A DNA stretch of 64,000 bases from Balanoglossus misakiensis. Lineage: Eukaryota; Animalia; Hemichordata. Of the stretch, positions 1 through 12,493 are shown piece by piece (the stretch's first letter is position 1; the number at the start of each line of letters is the position of its first letter). The notes under the pieces were generated by a model. It was not told where the DNA came from. It worked only from the letters and a program-made list of their open reading frames with translations, and did no database searches. Made by a program: the position numbers and the translations under genes. The stretch covers positions 4,517,374 to 4,581,373 of the forward strand of contig CM082583.2 of NCBI GenBank assembly GCA_040954595.2, given 5' to 3'.

Positions 1-1117
1 ATTTTCGAAAAACCCTAGTAAAATTTCAAAAATCTTCTTCTCCAGAACCGGCGATAACCGAGTCACGCCGTTTGGGGTATGTGGTCACCTAACAGATGTC
101 TATCAAGTTTGCGAAGATCATTGTGATTGGTCGAAGATTATGGCGGCCATATTGGATTTTCGAAAAACCATAGTAAAACTTCAAAAATCTTCTTCTCAAG
201 AACGGGCGATAACTGAGTCACAAGATTTGGTGTGTGTGGTCATTAAACAGATGTCTATCAAGTTTGCGAAGGGGAATGTGATTGGTCGAAGATTATGGCG
301 GCCATATTGGATTTTGTGAAAAATGATTAAAAAGTAAAAATTCCTTTTCTAGCCTAAAAATTGATAGCACAGAAATTCTTTTTATGGATATGAATCATCA
401 TATGACAAGAATAAGCTATAAATATTTTGGTAATTTTGGCAATGACCTTTGACCTACTTTTGACGCATCATGTTTCTGCATATCTAATTCCAGGCTAACC
501 AATAGGGCTATAAGTTTGGTTTTTAATGTATGTGGATTTGTATGTGATCAAAAAATGTTGCTACTTTTCATGACCCCTTTGACCTCTGGTGACCTCATTA
601 AATATGCGCATACCTAATTAATGATGAACCAATAGACCTAGAGGTTTTGTTTTTGTTATACATGGACCAGTATGGGGTCAAAATTTGTTGCCCAAATGTT
701 GGGTGACCTCAGGTGACCTTTGACCTACTTTGGCATATCTTGACATCCACAGCAGATACAGCCTTGGCGTTTGGAGGTATAGGGCCATAATGAAAAGCCA
801 AAGTTTCGGGTCACCTGTGACACCTGCTTAACTCATTATTTATGTGCATACCTAATTCCGGGCTAACCAAAAGGGCTAAAGATCTGGTTTTTGTTGGACA
901 TAGACCACTATGGGTCAAAATATTCTGCCCAAATAATTGGTGACTTGGTGACCTTTGACCTACTTAATACTATGTCAACACCAAACCTAGATATAACCTT
1001 GATATTTCATGGGATAAAACACAGCATTATGTTTCTACTCATTAATTATGTGCATATCTAATAATCAGATCAGATAATAGAGCTTGGGCCCGGACAATGC
1101 TGCTTGCAGCTTTAATT
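1..1117. mobile_element. Non-autonomous interspersed element, truncated by the window start, with internal 155-bp tandem units (resembles Helitron/Helentron-associated satellite-bearing elements)
   Basis: Two near-identical 155-bp units (1-155, 156-310; AAAAATCTTCTTCTC...ATGGCGGCCATATTGGATTTT). Degenerate ~130-240 bp subunits follow (CTAATT..GGCTAACCAA / TGACCTTTGACCT), ending in GGGCCCGGACAATGCTGCTTGCAGCTTTAATT at 1086-1117. Superfamily is an inference from architecture. Confidence 0.6.
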
Positions 1118-3196
1118 GTATATTATTACCAAAACAATCAAATAGAACAGTGAAATCTAAACCATTTCCAGGCTATTTTCAAGGTCTTATCATCACAAAA
1201 TAGTTTCAATCGTGTAATGATAGACTTTTACTGTTTAGTCGCGTCTAAATGGGGAAGTGTGAAAGAAGCGACCACACGGTCAATATAACAAGTTTCGCGA
1301 TCTCCGAGGGTGTTTATTGATTTACAGATTCTTTCGAGAAATTGTTTGGTAACATTTATACCGGGCGATTCAGGAATTACGCCCGCAGATGCATCATTTG
1401 ATCGCCGCTTCTTAAGTAGTTCGTACGGAAACTGTATCGAAATAATAAGTATGTCAATAATCTTCTCGAAACCTTAAACTTCGACAGAAATGTTTTACAC
1501 ACGGGCTGCGGTGAAAGAACTGTACAGGCAGCGCAATGTAGCGTTAAGTTATTTTGTTTTCATTATTTCCTACAATCGAACATAAGTCACTGGTATTAGT
1601 GTCACGCAATTAATATGATCCGCGCAGAAAATATACGATGTCATTTAGGCGTGACCAGCAACAGGGAAACGATTTGGATTTAACTTACGTTGTTTTAGAA
1701 ACTTCATTTCGCGGCGGCGAAAGTGGGTGTTCATGTTTCAGCGCTGAGCGATAGTTGATACTTGGGAGGGCCTGCGTCAGTTGCCACTGGATCTGTTTGA
1801 TGCGTGGGTGTGTGTGCGCGCGGCGAAAGATGCCGCGCGCTACAATAGTTGACTTTATAAGGCAGTTGTCCTGGTACGGAAAGGGAGATGTCATTAATCG
1901 TAGTTGGGGAGGGGGGGGGTAAGTCGGAGGAATCATTCTGTGACGGGCATCAATGTTCACACGTGACTCTCTCCAGAGTTTCGCATATGCCCTATATAGG
2001 TTTACAGCTCCACCTTTCGCTAGTCTTGCTTTTAAAGGTAGAAAAATGGTAATCCTCCAGACCTTTATCTTTATTTCATGCTGACCCTTACTATATGAAA
2101 CCCGCCTTGGTGAAAACGAGACTGGCCATCGTTAGTTGTGGTGGTTGTTTTATTCAGTATTTTCAGACCATCAGCCCATTACAATAACAATGTTACTATA
2201 GGAACATGGAATACAATATTATTATATTGTCAATTACTTTTGTTTTGTAAGTTACAAATGATGAAACATCTAAAGCGTGCAAGCATGGGTGGGGATTTTA
2301 GCTAGAATTAATATCTTCCTGGTTCTAACGACACCTTAAAAGTACGATATGAAACAAGTATAAAGGGTGCAAACTTCACTTTTCCGGTGTTTAAACGAAA
2401 CCCTGTTGAAATTAACGACAAACTTTCCCATAAAACCTTTTTAAAACTTTCATTTCTTGACGTTACCAGGCACTTGTAGATCGCACAAAAACAAACGTCC
2501 TCTTACTTCATGTACCCAAGTTTTTTCCCCAACTCTCGACAGTTCAATACATGTACTATGAAACACATCTTCCGCGAGATGTTCGACATTACATTTTCTT
2601 TCGGCAGCTGAGAACCGTAGATGAGAAATTAATGGCATAGCTAAACAGACATAAGAAGACAGGCCCATCTCCTTATTTCAATCATTTCTTCAGCTCGGCG
2701 TCAAATCCAGGCACGGTTTTAATTTGAGCGTCGGGACGTCCACTTCGGTAGTTATTGAAAGGGTCATCGAGGTAACACAGCACATGGTGTAAGGTTCTGA
2801 CGTTTCGTCCCCCTTTGCTTTTATATTTGATATAGAAATGCCAATCACTCGACGATAATTACGGGCTGACACGTGTCCAATTACTTGACGCGTCAGATAG
2901 CGGCGACGAATACTGCTTGACGAGTATGACTCATTTCTCGTTGACTTTTGATGACTTTTTCACGTTTTCTTGTCCCGTTCGTCCGTCGTATTTTGGTTTT
3001 CGTAGCTGGCGTAAGCTTGCCGAGGCAACATGCGCGCGCACTCGGCCAATACACGAATCTACGGTTGCATTGAGTACGTATGAGACTGAGTATCAAGGCT
3101 AGCGCACACGTACAACGAATTCTAGATGAGAAGTTCCCGTAAAAATACAGAAAACAGGTAGTGATCAGAAAATTGTATGGATGTCCACCAAAATAC

Positions 3197-3343
<147 letters not shown>

Positions 3344-5560
3344 AGCGGTGGAAGTCTAGGGCTTCATCTAACACTTAAACTTGTTACCAAGTCAGCTCTA
3401 CGAAAGCCTATAAGTTTCTGTTAACTATAAAAACACATAGCCTTTCTGCCTTCTCGCCAGTGATTCGACTGCCTGTAACCTTGGAAACGCGGCGAAGAGA
3501 CCAAGCAAGAACAGTTCATTGTACCCAATGGATTAAGTCCAACAACCCTTCAAATGAAAGATAGCTTCAGGAGGTTAATGCACAAGAAACGCCTTTTGGT
3601 ATTTTCGCCCAAATGGCCGCACTGATTAATAAAGGGAAATCGCCGTACGACTCCTGGAAGGGAACACCGTCAAATAATATTGCTTCTAATGAACAACGTG
3701 CGCGATAATTGACAATACTATCCCGGCGAGGAGAGAGAGCTCCTTCCACCGATGCCCTGCTAAACCGCGCCAATGCGAAAGTCGGATAAAATATCGAATC
3801 CAGGGGTCGGTTTGACATTCCAATCGCATTCGCCAAAACACACGCCGTTGGCTGTGTATAGGCGGTCTTCATAGGTAACACGTAGATTAGAGTATTTGAG
3901 ATTCAGAATACGACCACGGGGGAATAAGAAATATTGTTTCTAGAAAATGCAATGCCGTTGATGAGGTTGAAAGAATTCCTCCGTTTTTGCCAAAACCTTG
4001 ATTGACTTTCTTGTTTGTTTTCGTCGGTTTGTTTAATTCTCAAACCGACGAAGTATTGGCATGATTAGCCGGTTGGTTGGCTTTGGAATGCGCGCGCACC
4101 GACCTGAAATTAATGTTCAATTTACCTTTTGCGCTTTCCCAACGTCGAGCAGAAGGCGCTTCCAATAACTCCCCCATGCAAACAGCATATGTCAACACTT
4201 AATTAGGGACCGCTGGCTGAAATATAGAACAAATCGGCGCTTGTCCATTGCATTCCTCCCAATGCAGTACTGGAAATAGACACGGGGGTTTCTTTTACAG
4301 CGAATATTGAAATTAACAAACATCTGGACTAGCACTTTTCGCCCTGACAGACAATTTGAAAGCAATAAACTCAGTGCTATTGATTTAACCGGGGCACGTT
4401 TCTCGCCCCGGGTAGTATGTTTGGTATGACCTTAAGATCTCTTTTTTTTATTCGCCATACGAATGGTAAAAAATGCGCGATTTCTCAATAGGAGGCGGCA
4501 GTCTTCGCCGTTGTTTGTTTGTATACCCGATGGGTTGGATGAAGACCATAGGTATAGTTGTTTGACATTATCGTCTTGTGGACGGCAGGGATTGGGCGGC
4601 CGGTGACGCAGTGCGCCGAAATGTTTTCATATTCGACAAACGAATCGTATATCTCTGCAAATCCATACGATGCCTTCTGAAATGATTAGACACCTGTTTT
4701 ATGATAACATTTTAATCACTATCATCTATGCGCGACGTATGAGTTTATGACAAGCTGTTATTCGGACGTCGACGTAGGCGAACATTCTATAGTTCAGCTC
4801 GAATGCTGCGACTAGATTGGATAATATTAATGAAGTGCCTGGCCACTGTATTATTAGGCCTAGATATTGCTCTTTGCCAGTTATGCATCCTTCTTTGCCA
4901 ATTTTGCTAGCTTTTTTTCTTGCCACATGCAACGATCGACAGTTTTTTCGAAACACAGTAGGCAAAATCATATTTCGTATAATCTCGCGGACACTAATTC
5001 TGTTGTTTTTGAGATTTTTTCGTGGTTTACGTTGTTCTGCCACCGGAAAATGCGTGGATTGCATTACAGGCATTGCGTGCAAATCCCTCTCGGCGACCAG
5101 AGACCTTTTCGCGGCAACTCCAGACTGCACTTCATCGATTTCAAACATGATAATCTCTGCAGTGTACTACAGCAATGCACGCATGTAGGCCTACCAGTGA
5201 TAAAAGTATGACGTTGAAAGTGTCCGGGGTAATACACTAGCACTAAGCGTGTATATGAGTTGAGCGCTCTGCATTGAGGAACTAGAAATTAATACATGTA
5301 GTACCATTTCTGCAATACATTTACAATAAATTATAGCTGGGCGAAGTACTAGTAATTTCTGGTACGTACTGAATTATGTCAGCGAAGTAAGTATAGATGC
5401 TGTATCTTGCCCGCAGTCACACCTGACCTGTGACCTCTGACTGTCGACCCCTCGACCGGATTCATAAACATTAAAATAACTCGAATAAAACATAACCAAC
5501 CATAGACCATGGAGGCGCCGGAGTCTATGAACCAACCAAAAAATCGGTTACTCGGTGATG

Positions 5561-5700
5561 ATGTGTTAGCATTTTATGTAGACTGGAATTAATTTTGCTT
5601 GCATCTACGATTTCTGTTTTTCTGTTTCTTTGAATTAATTGTTATGTGCATTAATTAATTTTGTGTATTCATGCAGGATTAATTTTATGTGTTCTAATTT
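5561..5700 (+). repeat. AATT-periodic dispersed repeat, inverted copy of the repeat at 10780-11047
   Basis: TGTTTCTTTGAATTAATTGTTATGTGCATTAATTAATTTTGTGTATTCATGCAGGATTAATTTTATGTGTTCTAA is close to the reverse complement of ~10876-10950. Confidence 0.8.
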
Positions 5701-8159
5701 AAGCAGTCGTATACGATTGATTTAAAGATAAACCAACGTTTCCACCGAGAAAATCTAACGTTTGAGAAACTCGCATCTGTGCAATAATTTTGACCACCTC
5801 AAATTGAAACAACAAAGTTACCCACCTTGCTCATTGTCTGGATCACTTCCAAGTAAATTGGCCACATCTTCAATTATCGGGATAAATATTCTAAAGTAAT
5901 CTAATATTATATCTGATGTACTGGCGTTGTGGGACTCCATGTTATCCTGCAATTGGTCGATTTAATTTGCATTTCGCCAAATGGTGTTCGGCTGGATTAT
6001 TTTGCCTACTCAGACAACTTTTTGTTTTGCATTTCTGACGTGAAATGGTTTCAGTGGAGATGACATGTTCTTATATCAATGCATTAATTAGTTTTAGATT
6101 AACTTCATGCTATTTCCCTGTGCTTCCGCCGATTTCGCCTAAAATGGCGGCGTTTGAGTACTAAATGGCTCTGATGAAGTGTCACGGTATTGTGCCTTTC
6201 AAGCCCAAAACGTACAGAACCTAATACGCGTTTGAGGTTTGTTGGTTACAAAAAACACACAAATACTGGGCTATATTTTAGATAGATCGCTTGTCGCTGA
6301 ATTCTCAGGGAATGTCGATTTAGAGAAAATGTCGGGAAACCCTTTCAGTAATCTCTGAACTTGCTGCTGCAGTAGGGCTCTGCGACTTACACCAAACTTT
6401 GACCCCTTCCCTCCGCCTCCCATCACTTCCTATTGAAATCACTAATAAGGATTAGGAGCTCAGACACTTGGAGAGGGCGCTGATTAACTATCAAGTCAGG
6501 AATTGTTTTATTTTTTAGGTGGCGTTCATACTGTGGTATTGCTATATCTTAACGTTGGAGGACATGGAAGGCAAAATTTTTAGCAAATTTAGAAAACAAG
6601 TCAAACTTCCATCTTTGTATACGTCAATCTATAATGGCTGCAAAACCTGACGCTTTTTGAGTTTCAATGGGACAACAGAGTTTGCTACAAATTAACGGGG
6701 CCGACCTTTACCCGTTTCAACTTATATTTCAGCAGCAAGGCAGTGTTGGGGTAATAAAATGATACACACACAAGTTTTTCATTTTAATCTAGTTCATTGA
6801 AAATTTTAATTATTTTGAAACAATAAACAAAAGAGGATACACGTATACAGTATTATCTGTATACTTACAATATGAAAAAGGAACAAGTACATCACTTCTG
6901 TGAAGAACGAAAAAGAAAAGAGTTGAAATTTACACAATCATGCCAAATTTTCCAAGAAACTTATGAACCATAGCATAGCATACGATAGCATGGCATCCGC
7001 TTGGTAAACAATGGAAATACTATTGTCATTAGATGTTAGGTGGTCATTGCAGACTGCCAGTAACATACAGCTGAAACCCGGAAAATGGACACTTCGTCCT
7101 AGGCTTGGTTGCCGGATACCCATCTGGTCTTTGCATCTGCAAAACAAGCAATGTAGAAATGAACGTCTAATATACATGGACATGAAAAAAGCATGATCAC
7201 CACTGTACACCAAGTGTTGTTCATTCGCAGATGGTACATCATGCAAATCTGTATGGCTGCATGGAATTTCGCTGTGTGGCAACTTGATTCTACTGCAACA
7301 ACGATAGAGATCTGCCCATATAAGCTTATAATTGTACTTGGTTAAACCGACAGCTTCTGGACATTGTGAACAAACACACCCCACCCACACACCCCTACCA
7401 TGTATTGTCTCCGTCATTGCTTCAATTTTCTTTCCCACAACTCTTACCTTCCCACCACCATGCAGTAATCTCTGGACATCAATCACACAGGCTGGCAATC
7501 ATCTTAGCATCATCTATGGGATCCCTGAAATAAATGAAAAGTATGTCAATGGAATGTCTACTACAAAGATGGCGAACATGTCTGTGCCATAACAAAATGG
7601 CCACCCTTTGCATCCAATAGTCAGGTCGGTTTTAAAACATTGAATTGACATCCAAATATAGTACCGGGTCCATATTGTTACATGCAGGTTTGAGCAAAAT
7701 CAATTCGCTCGATTGTGAAACGAGCACCAGTCAATCGAAAAAAATCTTCAAAATGGCCACCATGAAAAGGGGGGGTTTGATGTCTATATCGCTTGTCAAA
7801 CCTTGCTTGAAACATACGGCCCTTTCCGCTCCCAGCTATACTGCTGCACGGCAAAATTAACCAGTCACTTAGGCCCCAGCTTGGTTGATGAATTCCATTA
7901 CGAGTTGATCTCGTCTCTGGATCTGCAAAACAAGGACATGATCACGTTAATGTGTGTAATGTTCATGATCGTTCAGCCATGGAACATACCTGCCCTTACC
8001 TCACCCAGCTATACCACTAGCAATGCATGGCGACAAAAACTCTGGTCTCTGCATCTGAAAAACAAGCAAATGAAATATTAAAAGCTGAAACATATGATTT
8101 GCTACCCCTGTTAAGCAAACGTGAAAATGAAAAAAAAAACGAATGCCAATGTACTAGTA

Positions 8160-8870
8160 TATTTTGTAATTTTATTGAAAAATGACGAAAGATCACAAAT
8201 CTCAAAACAGTTGTATTAACTATATACGCAAGCGCGTAGATGATCGTTACGGAAATAAACAACTCAGTTTAATCAGTGTATGCATGTATTAATATTTTTT
8301 AATTCAAAAATGACGAAAGATCACAAATCTCAAAACAGTTGTATTAACTATATACGGAAGCGTGTAGATGATCGTTACGGAAATAAACAACTCAGTTTAA
8401 TCAGTGTATGCACGTTTTTAATATTTTTTTATTCGAAAATGACGAAAGATCACAAATCTCAAAACAGTTGTATTAACTATATACGGAAGCGTGTAGATGA
8501 TCGTTACGGAAATAAACAACTCAGTTTAATCAGTGTATGCACGTTTTTAATATTTTTTTTATTCGAAAATGACGAAAGATCACAAATCTCAAAACAGTTG
8601 TATTAACTATATACGGAAGCGTGTAGATGATCGTTACGGAAATAAACAACTCAGTTTAATCAGTGCCATGCATGTTTTTAATATTTTTTTTATTCAAAAA
8701 TGACGAAAGATCACATATCTCAAAAAAGTTGTATTACTATTTACGCAAGCGTGTAGATGATCGTTACGGAAATAAACAACTAAGTATAATCAGTGTATGC
8801 ATGTTTTTAATATTGTTTATTGAAAAATGATGAAAGATTACAAATCTGAAAAAAACGCGTATTAATTATA
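8160..8870. repeat. Tandem satellite, ~129-bp unit, about 5.5 copies
   Basis: Unit marker TGACGAAAGATCAC starts at 8183, 8311, 8440, 8570, 8701 and (variant) 8828. Units are nearly identical and have no unique spacers. Confidence 0.95.
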
Positions 8871-10779
8871 TTAAACCAACGGTCTAAGGGATGGGACCCA
8901 CCCGCACCGGGGATTTTATTTATGTCTATATAACTTACTTGTTATGAAACTTCATACCATCCACTGGTCTTCATTCAGCCATGGAACATACAAACGCTCA
9001 CCTCATTGTAGGCTAGTTGCATGGCCCTAATATACCGTACAACTTACCGTGACACGCATGCACACACACACTCACAACAACCAGCACCTTTCGAAGCATA
9101 CAAAGCCGATGAACGTGTTGGTGCCGTAACAAAAATGACCCATACACCGAGCATGTAGTCATGTTGGTTTTAAAACGTTAACGACAGGCACATATAGCAT
9201 CCGCATTGTTGCATTCTTCACATTTGTGCAAAATCGGTTCGCTGAACTGGCTACCGGTACCAGTCAGAATCGTTGAAAGTTCTTAAAAATTGCCAAAAAA
9301 AAACTTGGCTGATACCGCCTACTTTGACATCATGCTTGTAACATCATAGCATCCACGAGGAAGGAACATCATCAGTTCATCCCGGCCTTCGATCTGCAAA
9401 ATGAGGAAACAAATTGAATGTCTATCCATGAACACGAAACCAAATATCAACCGTGATCACCGTACGCTAAACTGTTGTTCATTCGCATACTGTACATTAT
9501 ACACGACGACAATATATGTTTAGGGCTTCGTTGACAGACAAGTAGCCCAAAACCCCAGAATGGCACTATGTACATTTCCATATTTTCAAGTTTAGGCCTA
9601 CAAGCCAAGCGGAAAATTTTCAACTCCGACAATAAAATATTTCTCTTTGGCAACGACTGCACGGATACACAAAAATAACTGTTCCCAATAAATCGTTTCA
9701 AAGCTGTTTTTGCCATTGTCTGGTAGTATAATACAAATTTTGCTTTCGCCCACACTCGAAAACACGCTGACTACATGTACACGTGAACCCGCCGTCAATT
9801 CATCGAACCCGCTACCAATTCATCGTGGCCCCCTCCCCTCTCCCGAAAAAATACCTTGTATTTTATGTAAAAAAAATAACTGCCGCCCACCAGTAGAGCT
9901 ATGACACCGACCTGTCTTAATTTGGTCAACAGTGCGTCTCAAGTTGAGTAACGCGAAAGGGTGGAATTTGTGAATTAAAACGCAGGGAAGCGCTGACTCG
10001 AGCTGTCTGACGGTGACACATCAAATTTTCAATTCTGTGGTGTAAACGTCTGGCTTTTTAGTTGTCCGTAACTCGCCACAGAAAAACCCATGTTTCTGGT
10101 CAAAAATTAAGTAAATGTGTCTACTTCTGTTACTCTACTTACCGCAGTCGTCATGAAAACTATCCAGCGGAGAAACTCTGTTTTGGGGGCAGAGTTCTCC
10201 GCATCTTCTCGTGGTCCGTGCTGCAGCGTGGCCGTCTGACTCTCTTATGGAAATGCACGAAGGCTAGACGGAAATTTCCAAGTGGAGATGGCCCAGGTGG
10301 CTACAACCAATCAACAACGAAAACTTTGCTCTGACGCGTCTCAAGTCACGTCACGTGATCCGCATCAAAAGTGTTGACACAGTTACGTAACTGTTGAAAT
10401 GTAAGTTACATAACTGTTGAAATATTCCACATCCGAAAGAGTTTACCGCGCGCTTTGAAATGTTGGAGTAGGGGAAAATCAACTGAACATAATTGTCACC
10501 TAGGTAAATACAGTAGCTATTCACAAACAATGCATTCCAAGATTCTAATCAGAATAAAAACGTTTTCAATTGCCAGGTGGAGAGACCAGACCATGTATTT
10601 CAACTATCGATCGCACTTTATTTGTATTGGACGACGAACCGCCCGAAATGTTTCACATCTTGTACAACGTTCCCCTTTTTTAACTTTATGCGAGAAAAAC
10701 ATTGTCAGCCGCCGCCATCTTGATTTAAGAAAGCGTGCGCAAAGGACCGTGGGATTGGCCAAAATTAATTCGACACAAC

Positions 10780-11047
10780 ACATAAAATTAATTCGACGCT
10801 ATACATAAAATTAATTCGATATGTTAGCAATTTAATTCTAGTCTACAGAAAAATAATTTCAGCAAAGATAAGCTAAAATAATTAATTAGAACACTTAAAA
10901 TTAATTCTGCATGACTACACAAAATTAATTAAGGCACATAAAAATGAATTCAAAGAAACATAAATTTAATTCTATATGCTAGCAGGATGAATTCCAGTCG
11001 CCATAAAATTGATTCTAAAACATTAAATTAACAGAACGGGCCCCATA
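10780..11047 (-). mobile_element. Probable terminal region of a DNA transposon: ~19-20 bp AAAATTAATT subunits ending in ACGGGCCCCATA
   Basis: Periodic AAAATTAATTC subunits, a sharp end at ...AACAGAACGGGCCCCATA (11047), and an inverted partial copy at 5561-5700. Confidence 0.6.
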
Positions 11048-12009
11048 ATATGTCAGCGGTTCAAAAACAAATATTCATGTACCTCCTGCCATGACCTTAT
11101 TGGCTGCGAAGTAGACATAAATTCGACTTCAAATGAAACTTTCGAGATAAATTGATCCACGGGACAATGGGCGGTATTTATTTCCCTCGAGCCGTCAACA
11201 CTGAATAAGAGCAACGACAGATGGCTGAAATTTGTTTTTAAGGACAAGTACCCACAAACGCAGTCTAATAAATTCCCTTCGGCGATCAATTGTGTTTATT
11301 TTATGGAGTCAACAAGGCAACGGCAGTCTGTGTTGATGAGATTTTTCATCGTATAATTCGGCGGCGGAATGCTAAAAGAATAAAACGACATAAACTGATG
11401 AGTTTTTGTCTCAGCAGTGTGAACGGCCGACGACAGTACATGCATACATGTAGCTTTCTAGTCTGTTCTCCAACAAGCCTGGAAAACGTTTAATTGCCAA
11501 CATTTGAAGCTTCCTTCTGTCGGATACAAACTAGCGGCCGCGTCACACGTGCATCGCACACATGTACAGCAGAAAGCAGCGGCGATCAAACACAGGCTGG
11601 ATGCCATCAACTCGATACCAGCCCAACAACTTTCATAATCACATGCACCAGTGGCTAACAATTACAACGTCTGACAAAGTGGCCACGCCACATGGTAAAA
11701 TACGGTATAGAATCGCAACTCATTACTACGTGCAGCCGTGTCTGAGTTGAAACATTCAACTCCTCTACTCTTGAAACTTCTACAACTTGCATTAACTTCT
11801 CTGCCGCCGCGTACACTTTACTTGTTCAGCAAACGAGGTTTTCAAACTTCTTTCGAGATATCGTTGCCTACTGCCAAGATCGTTGAATAACATTTAACCG
11901 TATACCTTCTGATATTCCCATCTTTTGGCAGTAAGTCTTATTTTTTGTCAATATACAATCTGATTAAACTCAGATGTAGAGTTGCCTCAATCTTTATATT
12001 TGTTGGTTC

Positions 12010-12010
<1 letters not shown>

Positions 12011-12042
<32 letters not shown>

Positions 12043-12043
12043 A

Positions 12044-12090
<47 letters not shown>

Positions 12091-12440
12091 ATGTATGTAT
12101 GTATGTATGTATGTATGTATGTATGTATGTATGTATGTATGTATGTATGTATGTATGTATGTATGTATGTATGTATGTATGTATGTATGTATGTATGTAT
12201 GTATGTATGTATGTATGTATGTATGTATGTATGTATGTATGTATGTATGTATGTATGTATGTATGTATGTATGTATGTATGTATGTATGTATGTATGCGT
12301 GTGTGTATGTATGTATGTATGTATGTATGTATGTATGTATGTATGTATGTATGTATGTATGTATGTATGTATGTATGTATGCGTGTGTGTATGTATGTAT
12401 GTATGTATGTATGTATGTATGTATGTATGTATGTATGTAT
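12011..12440. repeat. Compound tetranucleotide microsatellite (CTGT)n(ATGT)n
   Basis: Directly visible, about 430 bp. Source of the CLSV/CMYV ORFs. Lies in the putative first intron of the downstream gene. Confidence 0.98.
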
Positions 12441-12493
12441 TTGAGTCTTAATTCCTTATTATTTAATCACCATATTATATTTTTGTCTTTCAG

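Noticed and set aside
4883-4960. Signal-peptide-like MHPSLPILLAFFLAT as first exon of the 12.5-kb gene
   Set aside because: No strong phase-1 donor seen, and the context looks repeat-like.
7448-7524. In-frame TGA in C-D-*-C (and Q-*-A-C near 40650) as selenocysteine
   Set aside because: No selenoprotein fold or SECIS recognised. Mutational decay such as CGA to TGA is more likely.
8160-8870. CRISPR-like regular repeat
   Set aside because: Whole units repeat with no unique spacers, there are no cas genes, and the context is eukaryotic.
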